Of a stretch of DNA of 64,000 nt, positions 8,759 to 18,282 are shown piece by piece. This DNA is from an uncultured delta proteobacterium (GTDB taxonomy: Bacteria > Desulfobacterota > Desulfobacteria > Desulfobacterales > B30-G6), in assembly GCA_963701385.1 (NCBI GenBank), contig CAVOZW010000007.1, forward strand, positions 32,385-96,384, written 5' to 3'. A program made the translations under genes and the position numbers. How positions within the stretch are numbered: position 1 is the stretch's first letter; every line of letters begins with the position of its first letter. Below the pieces are notes generated by a model that saw nothing but the letters and a program-made list of their open reading frames with translations, did not search any database and was not told where the DNA came from.

Positions 8759-9928
8759 CTATTTGTGCTGATAGTCCGGGTGCTCGTAAAAGATGGGCAT
8801 CCGGGTGGTGATATATCGGTAAACGACAACGCCGACGGTAACCACAAACAACGAAATAGCGATTTCCATCCAGCTGGGAAGGTAGCGATCGGCGGCCGGC
8901 AAATGCCAGTTAAACGCCACCACAGAAATGTTCAGACGATTCAGCACAACCCCCAATACCGCCAGTACAGACGCCCAGCGAACCAGGCGTAAATTCCTAT
9001 CCCGAGCCGCAACGGCAAAGATAAATGCCGGAATGACCACAAAACCGATCAGTTCCACCAGGAACCAGAGCCCCCAACCCGTCGCCAGATAGTGCCAGTG
9101 GTTGTCCAAGGCAATACCGATGAATTTGACCCCCACGTACCCCATCATTACAAAGGCTGCCGCCTTGCCGAAACCAAGCGCCACGCCTTCACTTTCCTTG
9201 AGGTGGGTTTCATCCATCTTGTGGTGAAGGTGCCGGTGCGCCAGAGAGCCCTCGAATATCACCATGGAAAGACCGGCAAAAACGCTGGAGACAAAAAAGA
9301 ACACCGGCAGGTAGCCCGAATACCACAAGGGGTGTAGCTTGGATGGTGCGATCATGTAAAGCGCCCCCAGAGAAGACTGGTGCAGGGTGGATAGAATGAC
9401 ACCAAAAATAGTCAGGACCAGGGTCAGACGAACCACGAGGTTGCGAATTTTTTCCAATCCGAGCCATTCGAGTGCGGCAGGACTGAATTCGATAAAAAGC
9501 ACGGTAAGATAGAGGAAGACACACAAGCCCACTTCGTAGAGCAGCGATGTGGTGCCTGGCGACAGAAAAATTGGATACGGCAGACGCCAGGGCCGGCCCA
9601 CATCATAGTGAAGGGCTACCACCACCAGCGCATACCCAAGAAAAGCAGTCAATATGGCCGGGCGCACAGCCGAATGGTAACGTTTCAGTCCAAAGATGTA
9701 ACACGATGCCGAGGTGACGTAGCCGCCCGCAGCAAGGGCCACACCGCACAACAGGTCGAACCCTATCCAGATTCCCCAGGGATTGTTGTCATCGAGATTT
9801 GTGACCGCCCCCAGACCGCCCGTGAAGCGCAAGACGGTAACAATCAAACCCACAAAAATGATCACACCCGCTAGCACGTTAAAAGGCGTAAAAATTGATT
9901 TATTTGTTTGCGCCGTTTTGTGTGGCAT
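8759..9928 (-). CDS. hmcC: HmcC, NrfD/PsrC-type polytopic membrane quinone-interacting subunit
   Basis: 389 aa and highly hydrophobic (8-10 helices). Its start abuts the hmcB stop (9929). Confidence 0.85.
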   Translation of the reverse strand: MPHKTAQTNKSIFTPFNVLAGVIIFVGLIVTVLRFTGGLGAVTNLDDNNPWGIWIGFDLLCGVALAAGGYVTSASCYIFGLKRYHSAVRPAILTAFLGYALVVVALHYDVGRPWRLPYPIFLSPGTTSLLYEVGLCVFLYLTVLFIEFSPAALEWLGLEKIRNLVVRLTLVLTIFGVILSTLHQSSLGALYMIAPSKLHPLWYSGYLPVFFFVSSVFAGLSMVIFEGSLAHRHLHHKMDETHLKESEGVALGFGKAAAFVMMGYVGVKFIGIALDNHWHYLATGWGLWFLVELIGFVVIPAFIFAVAARDRNLRLVRWASVLAVLGVVLNRLNISVVAFNWHLPAADRYLPSWMEIAISLFVVTVGVVVYRYITTRMPIFYEHPDYQHK

Positions 9929-11023
9929 CTAATCTTCCTCCTTCGGTGTTTCAGGACCCGTGCCTTCAGACGCCTGCTGACGTTCTGCCGCTTCTTTGGC
10001 AGCATCTTCCAAGGCCCGTTTGACTTCCAGATTGACGGCAGCCTCTTTCTCTTTGGCCATGTTGTCTTTCATCTGCGCCAGTTTGACCTTCATCTCTTCG
10101 TTGGCGTCGGCAACCGTCTGCGCAATTGCATGGATGCGTTCATCGTCGGCAATTTTGTCCTTGCGTTTCGAAATGGCATAGATACCGGTCAGCAACACCG
10201 GCCATAGTGCCACGACAACGGGAACCGTCGCCAGGGGGCCTGCTGTAAAACTGGAAGCTGTCTGGGTACCGAGATCTTCACGCATACCGATCTCGGAAAA
10301 GGGTGTCCCGGAAATGGTAAGCCAACTGGTACCACCCATTTCCTGTTCACCATAAATATGGTCGATGTAGGTGTCGGGATATCTTGCAATGCGCTGCCGG
10401 GCTAGCTTGACGAGTCTTTCACGCGGACCAAAGGTTAAGGCCTCTTTTGGACATATCTCCACGCACCCGGGGATCAATCCTTTTTCGATGCGAGGGTGGC
10501 ACATGGTGCATTTGGTCACACGCGGTGTCAAGGGCTCGTTATATTCGTAGGTCGGAATATTGAAGGGACATGCCACCATACAGTACCGGCAGCCCACACA
10601 CAGGGATTCATCGTAGATGACCGCACCGGTCTTGACCTTTCTCAATGCCCTGACAAAGCAGGCTGACGCACAGGCCGGCTCCAGACAGTGGCTGCACTGC
10701 TTTTTTACAAATACAGGCCGCAGCATGTCCTTTCCCCGGAACTGATTGACAACCGTATAGGTATCGAATCGGGTCCGGCGATCTTTGTTCAGAACGCTCA
10801 GGTCGTCGAAAGGTTGCTCCGGAGCCGGAAGATCATTGACCTTGTTGCAGGCCTCCTCGCACTTCCGGCACCCGATACATCGAGTTGTGTCGTGCAAAAT
10901 TCCAAAGCTGTTTGGATAGCCGCCGAACTGTTTATTCGAAGCCGCTTCAGCACGATTTGCAACCGTCGCACCAGCGCTCGCTGCACCTATCCAGCCAAGA
11001 AACTGTCTTCGAGATATCCCCAT
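9929..11023 (-). CDS. hmcB: HmcB, Tat-exported 4x[4Fe-4S] ferredoxin-type subunit with C-terminal membrane anchor
   Basis: Twin-arginine signal MGISRRQFLGWIGAASAGA. Cys clusters CIGCRKCEEAC, CSHCLEPAC, CVGCRYCMVACP and CTMCHPR...CVEICP. C-terminal TM helix plus a charged tail. Confidence 0.85.
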   Translation of the reverse strand: MGISRRQFLGWIGAASAGATVANRAEAASNKQFGGYPNSFGILHDTTRCIGCRKCEEACNKVNDLPAPEQPFDDLSVLNKDRRTRFDTYTVVNQFRGKDMLRPVFVKKQCSHCLEPACASACFVRALRKVKTGAVIYDESLCVGCRYCMVACPFNIPTYEYNEPLTPRVTKCTMCHPRIEKGLIPGCVEICPKEALTFGPRERLVKLARQRIARYPDTYIDHIYGEQEMGGTSWLTISGTPFSEIGMREDLGTQTASSFTAGPLATVPVVVALWPVLLTGIYAISKRKDKIADDERIHAIAQTVADANEEMKVKLAQMKDNMAKEKEAAVNLEVKRALEDAAKEAAERQQASEGTGPETPKEED

Positions 11024-11123
11024 ATTAACACCTCAATTTTTCCCTGTTTCATCTCCAGTAAAGATTGAGAAAATTGGTCCAATCAATAAACGCTTTGCCC
11101 CTTGGACCCTCTGGAACACCTGT

Positions 11124-12746
11124 TCAATTAGAAGCAATCCGCTTCTTATGACACTTGCCGCAATCCGTGGCCGCCGGTTCCCTGATGTCCATCTCCTGAT
11201 GGCAGCTGATGCATTGGCCATGATAGGCTCCCATGAGGCCGGGACGACCGTCCTGCAAGCCCTGGGATGCGTCTCCATGACAGGAAGCGCATTTGGGCGG
11301 TTCGAGTGAGGCCGGGCTTTGATGATGACACCCCATGCACAGGGTGGTGGGCTGGTCGTGAAAATGACCTGCCATCGCATTGTCCCCAATCCGCGCTTCA
11401 AGTGCCCTGAAAACCTGACGATGGGGGAACTGAGCCCCTTCGTATTGATCGATCAGGACATCGATAAGCACCTTTTCCGGTATCTGGTCATCGGTCAGTT
11501 TTATGGACATGCCGGCTGAGGCTTTTGTTGCCTGAACTGCGACTTCGTCGATTGCTGTCTTGCTCATGGGCCATGGGCCCAATGTCGATCGATCGACGCG
11601 ATGACATAGACTGCAGTTCTCATCTGCAAATGGCTTTTCCGGCATTCCCGCATGACAACCCGCACAATTTTTAACTTTCCGGGCCTCCTTGTGGCAGCCG
11701 ATACAACTCTGGGCAGAGCTAGTGGAATGCATGGACTGAGCCAGCTGAACGTATGCGCCCTCCTCTTTTCCGGTTTCCGTGTGGCAGTCGCTGCATTTAT
11801 TGAGGGTTTCGTGATGGCAGGACCGGCAGGTTTCATTTGCCCGTTCATGAACCTCATGTTTGAACGGTACCGGATCCATCTGCCGGGCCACTTTTTTCGC
11901 ATCCAGACCCGGGGCTGCCATCCAGCTTGCCAGGAGGACGACATCGGGCTGGTTGCGTTTCATTCGGGGAACCGATGCCAGTCTTTCAATCCCAGCCTGT
12001 GCATCGGCGCTATGGCACCCGGCGCACTCGATGGGCCCGGCCGTCTTCTCTTGGCTCACCAGTGTCTGGTGGCAATTGACACAGGCATCATGCGATGCCG
12101 AACGAATGGACGACGCCTCGGCTGTTTTCTCCTGCCTGTGACAATAGCGGCAACTGCCCTCTTCGCCCTTGGTGTAAACTGTTTTTTGGACGGTTTTGTC
12201 GTAGGTATGATGACAGGCGCTGCAGTTGTCGGCGTCTCCCGGGTCCAAAGGTTGAATGGCGCGCGCCGATTCATGGCGATAATGGAGGGATTTGTCGAGA
12301 GATATGGGCAGCCAAGCACTGACCATGCCGGATCGGGTCTTATGACAGGATCGGCAGTCGCCCGTTACCGGTCCGGCCGTCTCTCCGTTGGCTTCTATTT
12401 TCTCATGACAGTCAATACAGTTTTCATGGTATATGGCCATGTCTTTCTCGCTGGTACCGTTATCGAGCCGCATGAATTTGAAAACGAACTGCTGGTCTTT
12501 TTCCAGGTGGCAGGTGCTGCAGATCTTCTTTTCCTGAATGCGCCGGGTGTGCGCGTCGTGAAGAAACGGTACAGCCGGCATCTTTTCGCCCCCCGGCATC
12601 GCCGGGAGATCAATCATCAGGACATCCGGCCGCATGTCAACGAGGTCTGTGCTGCTGAAAACGCTTGCGATTGCAAAAAACAGACCCGCCAGAACAGCGA
12701 CTGAAATGATACCCGTTCCCCATTGAAACGGTCGTCTCTTTGCCAT
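11124..12746 (-). CDS. hmcA: HmcA, 16-haem high-molecular-weight cytochrome c
   Basis: I count 16 CXXCH motifs (CSTCH, CIDCH, CRSCH, CSACH, CRYCH, CVNCH, CAGCH, CRSCH, CSDCH, CIGCH, CAGCH, CSLCH, CMGCH, CASCH, CISCH, CGKCH). Start chosen at ATG 12746 (MAKRRPFQWGTGIISVAVLAG signal/anchor, GAGGAAG SD). The track start 12803 is probably too long. Confidence 0.9.
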   Translation of the reverse strand: MAKRRPFQWGTGIISVAVLAGLFFAIASVFSSTDLVDMRPDVLMIDLPAMPGGEKMPAVPFLHDAHTRRIQEKKICSTCHLEKDQQFVFKFMRLDNGTSEKDMAIYHENCIDCHEKIEANGETAGPVTGDCRSCHKTRSGMVSAWLPISLDKSLHYRHESARAIQPLDPGDADNCSACHHTYDKTVQKTVYTKGEEGSCRYCHRQEKTAEASSIRSASHDACVNCHQTLVSQEKTAGPIECAGCHSADAQAGIERLASVPRMKRNQPDVVLLASWMAAPGLDAKKVARQMDPVPFKHEVHERANETCRSCHHETLNKCSDCHTETGKEEGAYVQLAQSMHSTSSAQSCIGCHKEARKVKNCAGCHAGMPEKPFADENCSLCHRVDRSTLGPWPMSKTAIDEVAVQATKASAGMSIKLTDDQIPEKVLIDVLIDQYEGAQFPHRQVFRALEARIGDNAMAGHFHDQPTTLCMGCHHQSPASLEPPKCASCHGDASQGLQDGRPGLMGAYHGQCISCHQEMDIREPAATDCGKCHKKRIASN

Positions 12747-13100
12747 GTTTTCTTCCTCTGGTTTAAATTCGTGATTTCTTGGGCCCCAATAAAATCGTTC
12801 CACGATCCCATGAAACGCAACACCATCGCTTCAAAGGATTCCGGCGCTGCACTTTCGTGCCAAAAACCTTTTATCCTATCATTAGAGTAGGTTTATTCCC
12901 TACCAATTTCATAGGATTTGTCAAGTGAAAAAATTGAAGCGTCAAATAGGCATTCATTTCTGTTTGAAACAAATCAGCGACCACCAGCAGCGCCGGTGAA
13001 TGATGAAGGGGGTTAGGGATCGTTAGGAACACACGATGTTGGAATTGGGTTGCTAACAACAGACGCTGGCAGCTTGCCGAAACCTATCTTGATAGTTGGC

Positions 13101-13749
13101 TTAAACAACCGCTTTCAATGATGCCAGCTCTAGCTGATCGCCGGCATCTTCGGCACGGTCTGAAACTTCGACAATACGGTCCAGGCAAAGCTTCAGGTGA
13201 AGCTGGCGGGCGAAATCCATGTCGGACGTGAAAATGGCTTTGGTCAAATCCCACTCGAGTTTGTCAACCCGTGACTCCTGCATTCCGATTTCTTTGGTAT
13301 GCTCGCGAACCGTCTCTATCTTGCACTCGCCTTTAAAGTAACACAGAACCGCAAGTCTCCAGATGGTCGGCAATTCCCAGGGAGTCTTTGACCACTTCAA
13401 TAAAAGCAGGCTTCAATGTATCGGGTACTTTGGGACGCTGATTCAGAAAAAAATCGCAGCAGGCTTCGCTGGCGTTGGCAACCTTGTCGATACTTTCGAC
13501 GAGCTTATAAATGTCTTCACGCAGCAACGGCAAATAAGCACCGGAATACAACTTGTCACGCAGGTCATAGCGAACGAGATCGGCGTTTGTTTCTATGTTC
13601 CTGACCTCTCGCGCAAGACGTTTGGCTTCACTGATGTCGTCGTTCAAATAACGGTCTATGGTCTGAATGCCGACCTTGAGCGAATCCACCGCCAGATCAA
13701 GGTGCTTCATTATCAATTCGATGACCTTTTTTTCTTTTTTAAACAGCAT
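13101..13749 (-). pseudogene. DUF47 / PhoU-like phosphate-transport regulator, split by a frameshift near 13355
   Basis: Track ORFs 13333-13749 and 13101-13400 together give one DUF47-length protein: ...FIEVVKDSLGIADHLE | LAVLCYFKGECKIETVREHTKEIGMQESRVDKLEWDL.... The frames join if one base is removed in GAG-A-CTT (RC of ~13351-13359). The gene is adjacent to the PiT transporter, as is usual for this family. Confidence 0.7.
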
Positions 13750-13875
13750 CGTACATTCTCCTGCGATGTCAGCATGTTTGTGTTGGCCAGTTGAAATGGT
13801 TTTTAACGTAGCACAACGAGTGAAACAAGCCCATAAGATTCATGATTTTCGTGACAGATTTGTGTAAACGACCGC

Positions 13876-14817
13876 TCAGTTCCATACGGCATTCAAAACC
13901 CAATACAGGCAATAGGAAGCCAAAGCCGCCAGCGTCGGTGTCAATACCCACCCGATCAGAATCGTCAGAATTGTTTTTTTACTGATCGCCTTGGCGCCTC
14001 GTACCAAGCCAACGCCCACCACGGCACCCACGATGGCAGAAGATGTAGACACCGGGATCCCCAGCATGGAAAAAAGATGCATGCCAAAGGCAGAAGAAAT
14101 TTGAGCCACAAATGCACTGGGAATATCCAAAGGGGTAATACCCTTGCCGACCGTGTCGGCAACTTTTCTCCCATAGGTCAGTGCGCCGACCGCAATGCTC
14201 AGGCTTCCCACCAGCAAAAGCACCTTGGGCGGGAAGAGGTTGAGATTCGCCAGCGGGCCGACCGCGTTGCCGGCATTGTTGGCGCCCATGGTATATGCCA
14301 CGTAACAGGCGGACATGATGGCCAGCCAGCCGAAAGCATGCTGAGAAAGGAGTGAGCTGGTATTGAATCTGTTCAAAACAAAACGGACCAAATGCATCAA
14401 CCCGTATGCCAGCGCCATGACCAGAACGGGACAGATGATCCAGCTTTCAGCGATCATGATCAATTTGGAATAGTCAATTTCAGCACCGACTGCCAGGCCG
14501 ATGCCGACCACGCCCCCCACAATCGCCTGGGAGGTCGAAGTGGGAATTCGAAAAAAAGTGGCCAGGGTGACAAAAAACCCGGAACAGATCAGCGCCACGC
14601 AAACGGCCAGATAGTTCAAATCGGCCTTGACGATCCCCTTGCCGATGGTGTGCATGACATGCTGCCCCTGCAGCATGGCCCCCATGATCGCAAAAACGGC
14701 CACCAGAATGACGGCCCGCTTGAAATTCAACAGGCCACAGCCTACCGCGGTACCGATACAATTCGCCGTATCATTGGCACCGATATTCCAGCCGACATAG
14801 GCACTGGCCCCCAGCAA
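13876..14817 (-). CDS. pit: PiT-family inorganic phosphate transporter
   Basis: Contains the GANDTAN and GANNAGNAVGP PiT signature repeats and is polytopic. The start is uncertain. TTG 14817 leaves a short first helix. An ATG at ~14852-14854 would be in frame if the run GGGG (RC of 14848-14851) were GGG, giving MGDTAIEPIFLILLGASAYVGWNIGAND. Confidence 0.85.
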   Translation of the reverse strand: MLGASAYVGWNIGANDTANCIGTAVGCGLLNFKRAVILVAVFAIMGAMLQGQHVMHTIGKGIVKADLNYLAVCVALICSGFFVTLATFFRIPTSTSQAIVGGVVGIGLAVGAEIDYSKLIMIAESWIICPVLVMALAYGLMHLVRFVLNRFNTSSLLSQHAFGWLAIMSACYVAYTMGANNAGNAVGPLANLNLFPPKVLLLVGSLSIAVGALTYGRKVADTVGKGITPLDIPSAFVAQISSAFGMHLFSMLGIPVSTSSAIVGAVVGVGLVRGAKAISKKTILTILIGWVLTPTLAALASYCLYWVLNAVWN

Positions 14818-15309
14818 AATGAGAAATATAGGTTCGATAGCGGTATCACCCCATGGTTGCGAAATTGTGTGATCCGAAACGTGAGCTCGTCATTTCCAAA
14901 TACAACGTTCGGTTTACGGGTCAGCGTCGATTCATATTTTATAGATTTTCCAGCGCTAGCAGTCAAAAGAATTAATTGCATGTTATCAATGACCAAAAGT
15001 AATAGTTCGCAGGGATTGGAACCCGGTCGCGCAATATCCGGGTCAATACTCCTGGCCCTGCTCGACCTCGATTCGCTTATCTTTTTTCAGTGCTCGGATC
15101 TTTTATATTCGTTGCCAAAAGCCCCCTGCGCTTCGATTGATCAGCGCTGTTCCCATAGGGGAGTAAACGCGTCAAATCGAGCGAAATGGCGATTTTTCGG
15201 ACAACCAGGGGGATGTCATTCCATAAGAATTATTCGTTTGACTGAAACGCCTGTTAGCAGATAATAGACAGGATGACTCTTTCATTGTATTTCAAAAAGG
15301 ATATTGACC

Positions 15310-16677
15310 ATGCCGCAACCCCACAAATCTGAAGGAGACATCAACCTTTCTCCCCTTCGTGAAAAATGGCAAGCAGAACATATCAATGCCGAAAGCCGGT
15401 CACTCCTGGAAGAAGATGCGCGTTATTTTCTAAAGCAGTCACTCTCCACACCCTGTTTGAACAGCATGCGCACCTGCGACGGTATTTATATCGAAGACAT
15501 GCAGGGTCGTCGCTACATGGATTTTCACGGCAACAATGTTCACCAGGTCGGTTTTGCCAACCCCGATGTCATCAGCGCTATCAAAAACCAGCTGGATACG
15601 CTATCGTTTTGCACACGCCGATATACCAACCAGGTTGCCGTTGATCTGGCCAAAAAGTTAGCCGATATCGCTCCCGGGGACCTCAACAAGTCCTTGTTCT
15701 GCCCGGGTGGCGCCGAAGCCATTGGAATGGCGGTAAAGCTGGCCAGGGTTGCAACCGGACGGCACAAAACCATATCCATGTGGGATTCTTTTCATGGTGC
15801 CACCCTCGACACCATTTCCATCGGCGGTGAGGCCATTTTTCGCCAGAACATGGGACCGCTGCTTCCAGGAAGCGAACATGTGCCGCCACCGGATGCGTAT
15901 CACTGTGTGTTTGGCTGCTCGGACCGAGGGGGCTGTGATTTGACCTGTGCCAAGTACGTCGAATACATATTGGAGAAAGAAGGTGATATCGCTGCCGTTA
16001 TTTCAGAACCCATCCGCAGCACCCCCTATATCCCCAGACCCGAGTACTGGCAAAAAATCCGCCAAGCCTGTGACCGCTATGGCACCTTGCTGATTTTTGA
16101 CGAAATCCCCCATTCCCTTGGTCGCACAGGCAATATGTTCACATTTGAACATTTCGGCGTCATTCCGGATATCGTCGTCATCGGCAAAGGTCTCGGTGGG
16201 GGGGTCTTTCCTCTGGCAGCCATGATCGCCAGGGAAACCTTGGATGTTGCCGGTGAAAGGGCTATGGGCCATTACACCCATGAAAAAAGCCCCGTTGGTT
16301 GTGCAGCGGCACTGGCCACTATCGATTACATCGAAAAACATCACCTCGTAGCCCATGCGCGCGAGCTCGGCCGGCATGCCCTTGCACGTCTACACGAAAT
16401 GCAGACGCGTCAGCGGTTGATCGGCGACGTTCGGGGGCTTGGGTTATTCTTGGGAATCGAGCTGGTCAAAAACCGCCAGACCCGTGAACGGGCCCCGGAC
16501 GAAGCCGAAGCGGTCATGTATGCGGCCCTTTCAAAGGGGCTCAGCTTCAAGCTGACCATGGGAAACATAATTGCCCTCACCCCGGCCCTGACCATCACCC
16601 GGGAAGAAATGGACCGGGCGTTGGACATCATCGAGACCTGTATCGATGATGTGGAAAACAGCCCTAAATCAATATGA
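15310..16677 (+). CDS. class-III (omega) aminotransferase, PLP-dependent
   Basis: Contains DEIPHSLGRTGNMF and the PLP-lysine block VVIGKGLGGG, with GGAEAIGMAVKLAR. ATG 15310 is preceded by AAGGA. The substrate cannot be read from the sequence. Confidence 0.85.
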   Translation: MPQPHKSEGDINLSPLREKWQAEHINAESRSLLEEDARYFLKQSLSTPCLNSMRTCDGIYIEDMQGRRYMDFHGNNVHQVGFANPDVISAIKNQLDTLSFCTRRYTNQVAVDLAKKLADIAPGDLNKSLFCPGGAEAIGMAVKLARVATGRHKTISMWDSFHGATLDTISIGGEAIFRQNMGPLLPGSEHVPPPDAYHCVFGCSDRGGCDLTCAKYVEYILEKEGDIAAVISEPIRSTPYIPRPEYWQKIRQACDRYGTLLIFDEIPHSLGRTGNMFTFEHFGVIPDIVVIGKGLGGGVFPLAAMIARETLDVAGERAMGHYTHEKSPVGCAAALATIDYIEKHHLVAHARELGRHALARLHEMQTRQRLIGDVRGLGLFLGIELVKNRQTRERAPDEAEAVMYAALSKGLSFKLTMGNIIALTPALTITREEMDRALDIIETCIDDVENSPKSI

Positions 16678-16799
16678 AGATGATTGTTATGTCTGAGGGG
16701 TGCGTAGAAATCCCACGCTCTTGCGGATCAAACGTTTGTCCAATTGTGGGAGGAAAAGTAGAGGATCTGATCAAGCAAGGCTGAAAGAAAGGAGGAACA

Positions 16800-16940
16800 A
16801 TGAGTGGCACTGACGTGAAGCGCTGGAATTTCCCAATTGGAGGGCTCACATCGATGTTTTCCAGCAATCTGTTTACAAGACGATTGCGGCATATTACTTC
16901 TCTACATGAAAGCATTGTTAGCGAACAATTGATACGGTGA
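16800..16940 (+). CDS. possible 46-aa small ORF
   Basis: A strong SD (AAAGGAGGAACA) lies immediately upstream of ATG 16800 (MSGTDVKRWNFPIGGLTSMFSSNLFTRRLRHITSLHESIVSEQLIR). No homology recognised. It is below the track size cut-off. Confidence 0.2.
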   Translation: MSGTDVKRWNFPIGGLTSMFSSNLFTRRLRHITSLHESIVSEQLIR

Positions 16941-17179
16941 AGTCGTCAGAAGGCTAAATAATTGCATAACCCTTGACCCATCCTCCAAATTATGTACTGA
17001 TTTACGACCGACCTAAAACTCGCTCAGTTCAGGTGAAAGTGATATCGCATAGTGGATAATGTGCCGGCCCCGACGTTGTATCGATCCACAAGTTGATGAC
17101 GCAGCAATGATACGGATGCTCTAAACCCGATTGGAGTTATTTACTAAAACCCTAACAAATAAACCTAGGAGGTAATAGT

Positions 17180-17752
17180 ATGGAAAAACGAATAATAAAT
17201 TATGAGACAATGCTTAAAGTTGCAATGGCAATTTCGCACTCTAAGGATCCAGAAGAAGTTGCGTTAATGACAGTAGAAAGCATTAAAACAGCTTTGAATG
17301 TTAAAGGCTGTTCCTTGTTTCTATTCAACCGGAAAACAAATGAACTGGAGCTGGCCACTTCATTTGGGCTGAGTGATGAGTATATTAACAAAGGGCCTGT
17401 GAGTGCATTGCGTTCCATTGCCCAATCGTTAGAGGACGGACCCGTCGCGATCTATGACGTTATGGACGACCCCAGAATCCAGTATCCAAAAGAAGCACAG
17501 AAAGAAGGAATATCATCCATACTTTCGGTGCCTATCATCGTAGGGGGAAAATTGATGGGGGCGGTGCGTGTTTACACATCTGAGCCTTGGGAGGTCAAGT
17601 TAGATGATGTAAATTTTGTTCAAGCCCTCGCCCAAATAGCAGGCGGGGCAATCAATATGGCAAGATACGTTAAAGGATTGAAAAGCAGCATTGAAGTCTT
17701 GAAAACAATAAAGAAAGTTCAGACCCAGCGATCTTCGAAAAGTACCCCATAA
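17180..17752 (+). CDS. stand-alone GAF-domain protein
   Basis: 190 aa. The GAF-like core is GCSLFLFNRKTNELELATSFGLSDEY...ISSILSVPIIVGGKLMGAVRVYTSEPW. AGGAGG SD. No output domain. Confidence 0.75.
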   Translation: MEKRIINYETMLKVAMAISHSKDPEEVALMTVESIKTALNVKGCSLFLFNRKTNELELATSFGLSDEYINKGPVSALRSIAQSLEDGPVAIYDVMDDPRIQYPKEAQKEGISSILSVPIIVGGKLMGAVRVYTSEPWEVKLDDVNFVQALAQIAGGAINMARYVKGLKSSIEVLKTIKKVQTQRSSKSTP

Positions 17753-18282
17753 AGGAATTTTACCTTGAAAAAGAGCAGGTCTTTAGTTAAAATTAATTTT
17801 GTCCTTATTAAATTCGGTGCCCACATATTCTTCTCCTCTGCAGGCAACTGACTCTCTTGTGCTTCCTTCGGCCCGACATATTCCTTGTTTACAATTTGTT
17901 GAGGAGTATAAATAGAAATGCCGTATTCGTTGAATTTAAATAACGACTGGTTGGCACATAATTGATACTAACGAAGAATTTATCATCAAGCAGGTTCTCC
18001 CATAACCCAATCAGCGTCCGATAAAGACACCGTTTTATAATGCAATTGTGGAGATGTTTTTATGAGGGAAAACAGCCAGTGGTGCTAACAAAAGCATTCA
18101 CCAAACGGCAAGAAGCGCGGCAATGGTGGCAGCGGTGGCGGTTGCTTCATCGAAATGTTGAACAACCATCAACATTGAAAATACAAATCAAATAAATAGA
18201 ATATGCCATAATATCAGACCAGTTAATAGTAGAACGGTTTTCAATGTATATGGTGTTTGGGTATATAAGAAAAGGGGCGCTT

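Noticed and set aside
8581-8847. 88-aa version of the small ORF between hmcC and hmcE.
   Set aside because: The upstream 41 residues overlap the hmcC 3' end and look non-proteinaceous. The internal ATG 8724 has an SD and yields the expected ~47-aa single-helix HmcD.
12804-13100. TTGACA hexamer (RC of 12927-12932) as the hmc promoter, and nearby CCTA...TAGG palindromes as an Rrf2 operator.
   Set aside because: No acceptable -10 hexamer lies at 16-18 nt spacing, and the palindromes are short. This is too weak to annotate without TSS data.
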